Shown here: positions 51,901 to 60,774 of the stretch, one piece after another
Position numbering within the stretch: the first letter of the stretch is position 1
How the letters are laid out: every line of letters starts with the position of its first letter
Origin: Candidatus Latescibacterota bacterium
GTDB lineage: Bacteria > Latescibacterota > UBA2968 > UBA8231
DNA: 64,000 bases
NCBI GenBank assembly: GCA_965221775.1
Contig: CBDCSU010000006.1
Coordinates: 2,176,001-2,240,000, forward strand
Direction: 5' to 3'
The notes under the pieces: generated by a model
Databases searched by the model: none
Told to the model about the DNA's origin: nothing
The model's input: the letters and a program-made list of their open reading frames with translations, nothing else
Program-made: the position numbers and the translations under genes

Positions 51901-53015
51901 CAGAAGTTGTAGGTGAAGTGGAGGTCCACCCGGTTGGCCGTGCCGTCGTCGAGTCCCTTGTACTCGGTCGTCCAGTAGATGTACTCGATGGCGGCCTGGA
52001 AGCTCTTCCACGGCCGGTAGCGGTTCACCACGTAGAAGGCCTGATTCGCGGTACGACCTCCTTCGGGCACGCCATCTTCTTCAGGCGTGTCCATCATCGC
52101 TCCGGCGTACAGCTTCCAGCCGTCGCCCGGCTTGACCAGGAGATGCACCCAGCCTCCGTAGGAGTCGATCTCCTCGCCGGTCTCCTTGTTGACGCCCTGG
52201 CCGATGCCGCCGCGGATGTCGGAGAGGTTGCTGCCCGTCCAGCCTTCTCCCTCGACTGTCAGCCTGTCGGCGGGGGATACCGAGAAGTCCACTCCCACCA
52301 CCATGGAGGTGAAGCTGGTATTGCCACCCACGGGAGTGGCCGTCTTCTCCGACCCCCGGTGGGCCCAGGCTCCGGCCTTGAACTTCGCCTGCTCCATCCC
52401 GACCCGCGCCTGCACGAAGGGCACCGTCGCCTCCGAGCCGTCGAGGGTCCCGTTCTTGTCCAGGTCCTTCTTGTCCACCGCCCCGGTCTGGCCGAGGGCG
52501 ACCGCGGCGGAGACGCCGGTCCCCGGCTTCCAGGTGAGCCGCGCCTGGGGATGCCGGTCTCCGAGGTTGCCGGTGTTCCACATCATGCCGTCGTTGTTGG
52601 CCGCCGGGAACAGGGGAGAGATGAGGTCCCAGGTCTGGCCGGCCAGGAAGTGCCAGTCCCCACTCTTCAGGTTGAAGTATGCCTTGCGCAGGCGCAGGAC
52701 CTGTCGCGATTCGCTGCCGCCGTTCTGGAAATCGGTCTCGATGACCCCGCTGATCTCGCGGTCCCCCCCCAAGTCGACCGGGGCGAGCTTGGCCCCGAGC
52801 CGGGTCAGCCGGGGGTGGATGGTCAGGTTGCCCTTGTTCTCCGCGCCCGGTGCCTCTGGCAGCACCCAGTTGGGATACTGATGGTGGCTCAGCTTGGAGT
52901 CGTCGAGGACGGCGTCGAAGCGGACGAACCCGTAGGGGGTGAGCTCGCCGGCGGGGGCAGGGCCCATCCAGCCTGGAAGACAGCCCAGCACGGCAACTGC
53001 AAGCACCTTCTTCAC
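51900..53015 (-). CDS. Outer-membrane porin, DcaP-like
   Basis: GTG start with AAGGAGA RBS; PYGFVRFD, TRLG, IETDF, LRLRKAY, LAGQTWD, C-terminal YNF. Confidence 0.7.
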   Translation of the reverse strand: MKKVLAVAVLGCLPGWMGPAPAGELTPYGFVRFDAVLDDSKLSHHQYPNWVLPEAPGAENKGNLTIHPRLTRLGAKLAPVDLGGDREISGVIETDFQNGGSESRQVLRLRKAYFNLKSGDWHFLAGQTWDLISPLFPAANNDGMMWNTGNLGDRHPQARLTWKPGTGVSAAVALGQTGAVDKKDLDKNGTLDGSEATVPFVQARVGMEQAKFKAGAWAHRGSEKTATPVGGNTSFTSMVVGVDFSVSPADRLTVEGEGWTGSNLSDIRGGIGQGVNKETGEEIDSYGGWVHLLVKPGDGWKLYAGAMMDTPEEDGVPEGGRTANQAFYVVNRYRPWKSFQAAIEYIYWTTEYKGLDDGTANRVDLHFTYNF

Positions 53016-53058
53016 GGATCTCTCCTTGGCAAGGGGTCCTGTCGTCGGGTGGCCGGTA

Positions 53059-53087
53059 ACTCTAGGCAGGCCATGCCGGGCTGTCGA
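53059..53087 (-). promoter_or_regulatory. Putative sigma70 promoter for the porin-to-ispH operon
   Basis: TCGACA (53087-53082), 17-nt spacer, TAGAGT (53064-53059). Confidence 0.45.
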
Positions 53088-53169
53088 GCGGACCGGGAGC
53101 CGCTGCCGGATTCGGGAAGGGAGGCGCGGGCGGGACGGTGGGAGGCGCCGGGAGAGCATCCTCGGCGGG

Positions 53170-53397
53170 CTAGATCTCGACGGTCTCCTTCTCGCCGTCG
53201 CGGTTGCGGAACCGGTCCACGTAGGTCTGGCCCTTGTCATACGCTTCGGAGACTCCGCGGCGCACCGAGTCGCGGGACTCGCGGCCGCTGCGGGGAGCGA
53301 GCAGGATGCCGGCGGCCAGTCCGAGGGCCAGGCCGCCCATCAGGCCGGCGCCGAAGAGTCCCATGGAGAGCCCTATGGTTTTGGCATGACGATTCAC
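53170..53397 (-). CDS. YtxH-domain small protein
   Basis: GTG start with CAGGAGG RBS; GGLALGLAAGILLAPRSGRESR motif. Confidence 0.8.
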   Translation of the reverse strand: MNRHAKTIGLSMGLFGAGLMGGLALGLAAGILLAPRSGRESRDSVRRGVSEAYDKGQTYVDRFRNRDGEKETVEI

Positions 53398-53492
53398 GCG
53401 ATCCTCCTGTGAGATGGGAAGAGCCTGGTTTCGGGAGATCCGCATACCCATTTGGCTAGGATAACCGCAACTCGCCGATTTCGTCAATCGGA

Positions 53493-54269
53493 TCATTCGC
53501 CGATGACACTGGGCCTGTGCTGGTTGCCGCACAGCAGTTGGGTCGCCAGATCGCCGGGGTCGTCGATCCTGGCGAGCTGGCTGCGCATGTCCTCCTGGGG
53601 GATGAACCACGGCATCAGGTACATGCCGAGCAGGCAGGAACGCGGCCGGTCGCTGCGGTTCGGCCGCGACGTGTGCCACCAGGCGCCGTGGGCCACCACC
53701 ACCGAGCCGCGTCGCCCGGTGAGGATCTCGCCCTCGGGGCGCCACCGGTCGGTGGGGGCGTCGGGCGGGTGTCCCTTCCGGTGCGAGAACGGGATGGTCC
53801 CGGTAGCCCCGTTCTCCTCGGTGAAGTCGTCGAGGAGCCACATGGTCTGACCCGCGAACCGGCCCGCCGGCCAGGGCGGTTTCAGGGACCAGAAGGGATA
53901 GTCGGCGTGCCAGCCGATGGCGTCGTGGCCCGGGTAGATGGTGTTGGCCGTCCACGAGGAGCACATGATGTCGTCGCCGAGGTAGCGCTTCCAGAGCGAC
54001 ACGATCAGCGGATGGCACATCAACTCCAAAAAGACCGGGTCCTTGTGGGCAATGCCGCCGACGCGCTGGTGCCTGCTCTCGCGGGCGCCGTCGTCGATCT
54101 CCGCCTGCAGGAGTCCTTCGAGAATGGTGCGCGCCTGGTCCGCCCGTTCCGGGGAGATCACGCCCTGGAGGACGCAGTAGCCCCGGTCGTCGATCTCGGC
54201 GATCACCGCGTCGAGGTCGATGGAGTTGGTGGCTGCGTTCATGGGCTGGCCGTGCGGCTGCGTTTGCAT
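53493..54269 (-). CDS. PhyH-family Fe(II)/2-oxoglutarate dioxygenase
   Basis: GWHADYP (HxD), LDDFTEENGATG, WWHTSRPNRS..R; start may be 54242. Confidence 0.85.
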   Translation of the reverse strand: MQTQPHGQPMNAATNSIDLDAVIAEIDDRGYCVLQGVISPERADQARTILEGLLQAEIDDGARESRHQRVGGIAHKDPVFLELMCHPLIVSLWKRYLGDDIMCSSWTANTIYPGHDAIGWHADYPFWSLKPPWPAGRFAGQTMWLLDDFTEENGATGTIPFSHRKGHPPDAPTDRWRPEGEILTGRRGSVVVAHGAWWHTSRPNRSDRPRSCLLGMYLMPWFIPQEDMRSQLARIDDPGDLATQLLCGNQHRPSVIGE

Positions 54270-54317
54270 TTCCGTTGACTCCGTCAGCGGTTGACGCGTT
54301 CACCCTTGGAGAAGAGC

Positions 54318-55316
54318 ATGACCTTGGCGCACTGGGTACGACCGCTCGTCCTCGCGGCCGTGCTGGCCGCGGCTCCCGCCGCGGTGGAGGCCGGGACCCC
54401 CGGCGACCACGGCGATGAGGGGACGTCGGGTCTGGAGAACACCCTCAAGGAGATGGTGGGCTCCGAAGAGCTGAGCGCCGGCATCATCCTCGGAGCCCTG
54501 GCGCTGGCCCTCCTGGCCGGCGCCGCCCACGGCCTGGAGCCGGGCCACGGCAAGACGATCGTCGCCGCCTACCTCGTGGGCAGCCGCGGCACCGTGAGCC
54601 ATGCCATGTTCCTCGGGGGCGTGGTCACCTTCACCCACACCTTCAGCATCCTTCTCCTGGGCCTGATGGCCCTCTTCGCCACCCAGTGGATCGATTACAA
54701 GGAGATCATGCCGTGGATGGGAACGGCCTCCGGGCTGCTCATCGTGGCCCTGGGCGGGTGGCTGCTGGTCAACCAGCTCAGGGGCCCAGGTCATGGTCAC
54801 CACCATCACCACCACGGGGACCACGACCATGGGGGAGGCCACGACCATGGGGGAGGCCACGACCATGGGGGAGGCCACGACCATGGAGACCATCACCACG
54901 AGGACCATGACCATGGGGATCACGAGCACGGCCACGGAGAGGGTCATCACCACGGCCATGGCCACAGCCACGAGATTCCCGCCAAGGTGACCCTCGGGAG
55001 CCTGCTGACCCTGGGCATCTCCGGAGGGATCGTGCCCTGTCCGGGGGCCCTGGTGATCCTGCTGCTGGCCGTGGGCCTGGACCGGATCGCCTTCGGCCTG
55101 GTGCTCCTGGTGGTATTCAGTTTCGGCCTGGCGGCGGTGCTCATCGCCGTGGGCGTGCTCTTCGTCAAGGCGCGGCCGCTGGTGGAACGCTTCTCCGGCG
55201 ACGGCAAGTGGATCCGGCGTCTTCCCATGGCGAGCTCGGCCTTCATCATCTGCGTGGGCTTCGCCATCACCTTGAAGACGCTCACGGACATGGGCGTGCT
55301 GGACATCCACCTGTAA
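54318..55316 (+). CDS. RcnA-like nickel/cobalt transporter with His-rich loop
   Basis: HGLEPGHGKT, TFTHT, poly-His loop, GGIVPCPGAL, FSFGLA. Confidence 0.88.
   Translation: MTLAHWVRPLVLAAVLAAAPAAVEAGTPGDHGDEGTSGLENTLKEMVGSEELSAGIILGALALALLAGAAHGLEPGHGKTIVAAYLVGSRGTVSHAMFLGGVVTFTHTFSILLLGLMALFATQWIDYKEIMPWMGTASGLLIVALGGWLLVNQLRGPGHGHHHHHHGDHDHGGGHDHGGGHDHGGGHDHGDHHHEDHDHGDHEHGHGEGHHHGHGHSHEIPAKVTLGSLLTLGISGGIVPCPGALVILLLAVGLDRIAFGLVLLVVFSFGLAAVLIAVGVLFVKARPLVERFSGDGKWIRRLPMASSAFIICVGFAITLKTLTDMGVLDIHL
54821..54886 (+). repeat. 18-nt tandem repeat (~3.7 copies) encoding HDHGGG
   Basis: ccacgaccatgggggagg at 54821, 54839, 54857, plus a partial copy at 54875. Confidence 0.9.
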
Positions 55317-55334
55317 GTCGGCCAGGGACCGCCA

Positions 55335-56753
55335 TCACTTCGGCTTCCGGGCCACGGCGACGAGGGCCAGCCCGGGGAGCGGCACGACGCGGTCGAGGAT
55401 CCGCCAGAGCCACACGAGGGAGTCGAAGGTCTTGAGCTGGATCAGGCCGAGCCTCCTCCTCCTCAGGATCCTGCCGCTCACGAGCCACGGCAGGCAGCTG
55501 ATCCGGTTGAAGTCGAAGAGCTTCTCGACCTCGAGTCCCGCCGCTTCGCAGCTCTCGCGCAGGAGCTTCTTCGAATAGCGCCGCCGGTGTCCCAGGGCCC
55601 GGTCGAGGGCCCCCATGAGCAGGCGGCCCTGGGGCACCAGCACGATGGCGGTCCCTCCCGGCTCGAGGGCGCGGCGGATGTTGGCCAGCCCCCGTTGCGG
55701 CTCCGCCACGTGCTCCAGGACGTTCAGGCAGACCACCGTGTCGAAGCTCTCTTCCAGCGTGTCGAAGTCCCCCTCCTCCTGCACGTCCAGGCGCCGCACC
55801 TCGACGTGGGGATAGCCCCGGAACCGGTTCTCCAGGTACTCCAGGTGCAGCTCGTCCGAGTCGGTCACGGCGTAGCGGTCCGTGGGGATCAGCTGCAGGG
55901 TGATGGTGCCCAGTCCCGCCCCGATCTCGAGGACGCGGTCACCCACGTGGGCGCGGACGGCGTCGGCGATCCAGCGGTTGAACCGGTGCGTCCGGGAGAG
56001 CGAGTGGAGAAGGGTGTGGCCGTAGCGCTCCTCGTAGAGGTCGTCGACGATGCGGTACCAGACCATGGTGGCGAAGGCCTTCACGCCGTCCCACCAGGTG
56101 ATCTTCTTGCCTTCCTGGTAGCTCCGGCCCCGGTAGGAGATGGGGACCTCGTAGATCCGGCAGCCCCGCCTGGCGAGCTTGGCCGTGAGCTCGGGCTCGA
56201 TGCCGAACCGGTTGCTGCGGATGGGGAGGGACTTGAGGAGGCTGGTCTTGACGACCTTGTAGCACGTCTCCATGTCCGTCAGATTGAGATTCGTGAAGGC
56301 ATTCGACACGAGGGTGAGGAACTGGTTGCCCACGGAGTGCCAGAAGAACAGGACCCTGCGGTACTCGCTGCCTGCGAACCGCGAGCCGTAGACGACGTCG
56401 GCGTCGCCGGCCAGGAGCGGCCGCAGGAGCCGGGGGTAGTCGGCGGGGTCGTACTCCAGGTCGGCGTCCTGGATGATGCACAGGTCTCCCGTGGCCAGCC
56501 CGATGGCGGTGCGGATCGCCGCCCCCTTGCCCTGGTTGATCTCGTGGAAGTGAAGGCGGACGTGCTCCGGATGAGCCTGGGCGAGTTCCTGAAGGATGTC
56601 CCGGGTGCCGTCGGTGGAGCCGTCGTCGACGATGACGAGCTCCCTCTCCAGGCCTCCCGGAAGCGCCTGGGCCAGCACCAGGGAGACGATCTCGCGGATG
56701 GTGAAGCGCTCGTTGTACGCGGGGATGAGGATGCTCAGCTTCTGGAAAGTCAT
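55335..56753 (-). CDS. GT2 (DPM-synthase-like) glycosyltransferase fused to class I SAM-dependent methyltransferase
   Basis: IPAYNE, VDDGSTDGT, NQGKGAA, QDADLEYDP, TDMETCYK; C-terminal LEIGAGLG, CLNVLEHV. Confidence 0.9.
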   Translation of the reverse strand: MTFQKLSILIPAYNERFTIREIVSLVLAQALPGGLERELVIVDDGSTDGTRDILQELAQAHPEHVRLHFHEINQGKGAAIRTAIGLATGDLCIIQDADLEYDPADYPRLLRPLLAGDADVVYGSRFAGSEYRRVLFFWHSVGNQFLTLVSNAFTNLNLTDMETCYKVVKTSLLKSLPIRSNRFGIEPELTAKLARRGCRIYEVPISYRGRSYQEGKKITWWDGVKAFATMVWYRIVDDLYEERYGHTLLHSLSRTHRFNRWIADAVRAHVGDRVLEIGAGLGTITLQLIPTDRYAVTDSDELHLEYLENRFRGYPHVEVRRLDVQEEGDFDTLEESFDTVVCLNVLEHVAEPQRGLANIRRALEPGGTAIVLVPQGRLLMGALDRALGHRRRYSKKLLRESCEAAGLEVEKLFDFNRISCLPWLVSGRILRRRRLGLIQLKTFDSLVWLWRILDRVVPLPGLALVAVARKPK

Positions 56754-56962
56754 CGGCGAAGTCAGGGGTGCAGAGGGGGCCGCGGCGGGCCATCGGGCCG
56801 GATCTGTGACCGGCGGCCCCTATAGTAAGGGCGGGCCCGAAACCGGTCGATACGGACTCGCCCGAGGCCGGAGGACCCGGGCGGACCCCGCAACGGGGGC
56901 GGTGTGGTGCGCGCCGGGCGCACCCCTATTTTCCCGGGCACACCGACTCATGGGAGAACGAC

Positions 56963-59068
56963 TTGAACAGCGCGCCTGAGCCGGCGGGCGGGACCATCCT
57001 CTCCGTCGACATCGGCGGGACCTTCACCGACCTCGTCATGTGCCACGGCCCCACGGGCCGCATGGCGGTGGCCAAGGTGCTGACCACCGACCCGGACCCG
57101 TCCGAGGGGGTGCTGGGCGGCGTCCGCCAGCTGCTGGCCGGCGGCGGGCCGACGGCGGAGGTGAGCCGGCTGATCCACGGCACGACGCTGATCACCAACG
57201 CCCTCATCGAGCGCAAGGGGGCCCTCACCGGGCTGATCACCACCGAGGGGTTCCGCGATGTCCTCGAGATCGGCCGCGAGGGCCGCTACGACATCTACGA
57301 CCTGTTCCTGGAGCTGCCCGAGCCCCTGGCCGAGCGCCGGCTGCGGCTGGAGGTGGCCGGGCGCCTGAAGTCCAGCGGCGAGGTGATGGCGCCCCTCGAC
57401 GAGGAGGGCCTGCGCCGCGCCTGCGCCGTCCTCCGGGAGGCCGGTGTCGAGGCGGTGGCCGTGGCCTTCCTGCACTGCTACGCGAACCCCGGACACGAGC
57501 GCCGGGCCGCGGCGGTCGTGCGCGAGGAGCTGCCCGGGGCGGCCCTATCCCTGTCCCACGAGGTGGCCCCGGAGGTGCGCGAGTACGAGCGCACCTCGAC
57601 GGCGGTGGCCAACGCCTACGTGCAGCCCATGGCCTCGGGCTACCTGGCCAACCTGGAGCGGGGCCTGCGGGACGAGTGCGGGATCGAGGCGCCGCTGCAC
57701 ATCATGCTCTCCAACGGCGGCACCTGCGCCGCCGACACGGCGGCGAGGTTTCCCGTGCGCCTCGTGGAGTCCGGCCCCAGCGGCGGCGTCCTGGCGGCGA
57801 TCGACGCCGGCCGCCGGTCGGGTTTCGAGCGGGTGCTGGCCTTCGACATGGGCGGCACCACGGCCAAGGCCTGTCTGAGCCAGGACGGCGAGCTGCCGGT
57901 GACCACCGAGTCGGAGGTGGCCCGCGTCTACCGCTTCAAGAAGGGCAGCGGCCTGCCGCTGCTGGTGCCCGTCCTCGACATGATCGAGATCGGCGCCGGC
58001 GGCGGCAGCCTGGCTCGGATCAACGAGCTGGGCCTGCCCCAGGTGGGGCCCGAGAGCGCCGGCTCCGAGCCCGGTCCGGCCTGCTACGGCCGCGGGGGCC
58101 GCGAGCCCACGGTGACCGACGCCGATCTCGTCCTCGGCCTGCTGAACCCGGGGTTCTTCCTGGGGGGGCGCATGGAGCTGGACGCCGGCGCCGCCGAGAC
58201 GGCGGTCCTGTCCCTGGCGCAGCGCCTGGAGCAGGAGGGCGTGGCCGCGGCCCGGGGCATCCACCAGCTGGTCAACGAGAACATGGCCAACGCCGCGCGC
58301 GTCCACGCCGCCGAGCGCGGCATCGACCTGCGCGGCTTCGCCATGGTGGCCACGGGCGGCGCCGGCCCGGTGCACGCCTGCGGGGTGGCGGAGCGCCTCG
58401 CCATCGACACCGTGGTCGTGCCCGGCGCCGCGGGGGTGGGGTCCGCCGTGGGCCTGATGCTGGCCCCCATCAGCTTCGACTTCGCCCGCAGCTACGTGAC
58501 CCGCCTCGGCGAGGTCGACCTCGGCCGGCTGCGCGGGCTCTTCGAGGAGATGGAAGCCGAGGGCCGCCGCATCGTGGCCGAGGCGGGCGTGCCACCGGCC
58601 CGGATGCAGGTGGAACGGACGGCGGACCTGCGCTACGTCGGCCAGGGCCACGAGATCCGCGTGCCCGTCTCCGGCGGCGGCCTCGACCCGCCGGCCCTGC
58701 AGCGGCTGCAGGCCGACTTCGACCGCGAGTACACCCGGCTCTACGGGCGCACCTGCGAGGGCGTCGACGTGCAGTGCATGCACTGGCGCACCACGGTCTC
58801 GGGTCCGCGCCCGGCCCTGGGACGGCTGCACCAGGACCGGCCGGGCGCCACCCCGTCGGCGGAGAAGCCGTCGCGGCAGGTGTGGTTCGAGAGGCCGGGA
58901 AAGGAGGGGGAGACCCCCGTCTACGACCGCTATGCCCTTGCAGAGGGCTTTGGCGCCGCGGGTCCGGCGATCGTGGAGGAGGCGGAGTCGACCACGGTGG
59001 TCCCTCCCGGATGGGGCCTGGAGGTCGATGCGGCAGGCAACCTCATCGTCAGGAGAGTGAGGGGATGA
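56963..59068 (+). CDS. Hydantoinase A / 5-oxoprolinase subunit
   Basis: DIGGTFTD, HGTTLITNA, EYERTST, ESGPSGG, DMGGTTAK, GAGGGS, GPESAGSEPGP, TVTDAD, RYVGQ. Confidence 0.92.
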   Translation: MNSAPEPAGGTILSVDIGGTFTDLVMCHGPTGRMAVAKVLTTDPDPSEGVLGGVRQLLAGGGPTAEVSRLIHGTTLITNALIERKGALTGLITTEGFRDVLEIGREGRYDIYDLFLELPEPLAERRLRLEVAGRLKSSGEVMAPLDEEGLRRACAVLREAGVEAVAVAFLHCYANPGHERRAAAVVREELPGAALSLSHEVAPEVREYERTSTAVANAYVQPMASGYLANLERGLRDECGIEAPLHIMLSNGGTCAADTAARFPVRLVESGPSGGVLAAIDAGRRSGFERVLAFDMGGTTAKACLSQDGELPVTTESEVARVYRFKKGSGLPLLVPVLDMIEIGAGGGSLARINELGLPQVGPESAGSEPGPACYGRGGREPTVTDADLVLGLLNPGFFLGGRMELDAGAAETAVLSLAQRLEQEGVAAARGIHQLVNENMANAARVHAAERGIDLRGFAMVATGGAGPVHACGVAERLAIDTVVVPGAAGVGSAVGLMLAPISFDFARSYVTRLGEVDLGRLRGLFEEMEAEGRRIVAEAGVPPARMQVERTADLRYVGQGHEIRVPVSGGGLDPPALQRLQADFDREYTRLYGRTCEGVDVQCMHWRTTVSGPRPALGRLHQDRPGATPSAEKPSRQVWFERPGKEGETPVYDRYALAEGFGAAGPAIVEEAESTTVVPPGWGLEVDAAGNLIVRRVRG

Positions 59069-60765
59069 GCGATTCCCGGACCGCCATGGATCCCGTGCTG
59101 CTAGAGGTCCTGTGGAACCGGCTGATCTCGATCGTCAACGAGCAGGCGGCGGCGCTGATGCACGCCTCCTTCACCACCGTGGTCCGCGAGGCGGGGGACC
59201 TGTCGGCGGGGATCTTCGACCGCGGGGGCAACATGCTCGCCCAGGCCGTGACCGGCACGCCGGGCCACATCAACACCATGGCCACCGGCGTCCGGCACTT
59301 CGTGCGCGCCCATCCGATCGATTCCCTGGAGCCCGGGGACAGCCTGCTGACAAACGACCCGTGGATGGTCTCCGGCCACCTCCACGACATCACCGTGGTC
59401 ACCCCCGTCTTCCACGGCGGACGCGGCATCGGCTGGTTCGCCAACACCTGCCACGCCATGGACATCGGCGGCCGCACCCTCGGCGCCGACGCCCGCGAGG
59501 TCTTCGAGGAGGGTCTGGCCATCCCGATCATGAAGCTCTTCGACCGGGGGCGGATCAACGACGACCTGGTGCGCATCGTGCGGGCCAACGTGCGCGAGCC
59601 GGACGCGGTGGTGGGCGACCTCTACGCCCAGCAGGCCGGCAACGACGTGGGCGCCGCCAAGCTGGCGGACATGATGGAGGAGTACGGCCTCGCCGACGTG
59701 GAGGACCTGGGGGAGCAGATCCGGGGCCGCTCGGAGCAGGCCACGGGGGATGCCATCGAGGCGGTCGGCGACGGCACCTGGGAGGACGAGGTGGAGATCG
59801 ACGGCTTCGACGAACCCCTGGTGATCCGCATCGCCCTGACCGTGGAGGGCCGGCGGCTGCTCGTCGACTACGCCGGCACCTCGCCCCAGGTCGACCGCGG
59901 CATCAACGTCGTCTACAACTACACCCACGCCTACACCACCTATCCCCTGGCCTGCGCCATCAGCCCCCACGTGCCCAACAACGAGGGCAGCTTCCGGCCG
60001 GTGACGGTGACCGCCCCCGAGGGCTCGATCCTCAACGCCCGCCGCCCCTGCGCCGTCGGCGCCCGCCACCTGATCGGCCACTTCCTCTCCCAGGCGGTCT
60101 TCGGCGCCCTCTCCCGGGTGGTGCCCGGCCGCGTCCTCGCCGACGGCTCCGCCGGCCTGTGGAACACGCAGCTGGAGGGCCGCGGCCCCGACGGCCGTCT
60201 CTTCGCCTACATCTTCTTCTCCGCCGGCGGCATGGGCGCCCGCCCCACCGCCGACGGGCTGTCGGCCACGGCCTTCCCGAGCGGCATCCGCGGCGTCCCG
60301 GCGGAGGCGATCGAGTCGGTCTCGCCGACGCTGATGCTCAAGCGGGCCCTGCGCCCCGACTCGGGCGGCGCCGGACGCTTCCGTGGCGGCCTCGGGCAGG
60401 AGATGGTCCTCGCCGTGGACAGCGACCACCCCGCCCTGCACTCGCCGATGTACGACCGCACCCGCTGCGCCGCCCGCGGTTTCGCCGGCGGCCGGGACGG
60501 CGCCGTGGGTCAGATGGTGCTCTCCGACGGCACGGCCCTGCACCCGAAGCGGAAGTACCTGCTCCAGCCCGGCCAGCAGGTGACCCTGCGGCTGCCGGGC
60601 GGCGGCGGCTACGGCCCGCCCCTCGAGCGGGACCCCCAGGCCGTCCTGGAGGACGTGCGCCAGGGCCGGGTCTCGGCGGAAGCGGCCCGGCGGGAGTACG
60701 GCGTCGCCGTGGACGTGGAGGGGTGGACCGTGGACGAGGAGGAGACCCGCCGGCTGCGCGGGTAA
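59065..60765 (+). CDS. Hydantoinase B / 5-oxoprolinase subunit
   Basis: ATGA overlap; NDPW..GHLHD, HAMDIGG, EEGL, DSGGAGRFRGGLG, PGGGGYGPP. Confidence 0.92.
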   Translation: MSDSRTAMDPVLLEVLWNRLISIVNEQAAALMHASFTTVVREAGDLSAGIFDRGGNMLAQAVTGTPGHINTMATGVRHFVRAHPIDSLEPGDSLLTNDPWMVSGHLHDITVVTPVFHGGRGIGWFANTCHAMDIGGRTLGADAREVFEEGLAIPIMKLFDRGRINDDLVRIVRANVREPDAVVGDLYAQQAGNDVGAAKLADMMEEYGLADVEDLGEQIRGRSEQATGDAIEAVGDGTWEDEVEIDGFDEPLVIRIALTVEGRRLLVDYAGTSPQVDRGINVVYNYTHAYTTYPLACAISPHVPNNEGSFRPVTVTAPEGSILNARRPCAVGARHLIGHFLSQAVFGALSRVVPGRVLADGSAGLWNTQLEGRGPDGRLFAYIFFSAGGMGARPTADGLSATAFPSGIRGVPAEAIESVSPTLMLKRALRPDSGGAGRFRGGLGQEMVLAVDSDHPALHSPMYDRTRCAARGFAGGRDGAVGQMVLSDGTALHPKRKYLLQPGQQVTLRLPGGGGYGPPLERDPQAVLEDVRQGRVSAEAARREYGVAVDVEGWTVDEEETRRLRG

Positions 60766-60774
60766 GGCCGCGGC

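Noticed and set aside
54821-54886. Short direct repeats as a possible CRISPR array
   Set aside because: No spacers, in-frame within a His-rich coding loop, and no cas genes in the window
57040-59064. Apparent 1241-aa hydantoinase B with a long N-terminus
   Set aside because: Arg/Pro/Gly-rich off-frame read of the hydantoinase A gene; the real start is ATG 59065 overlapping the A stop
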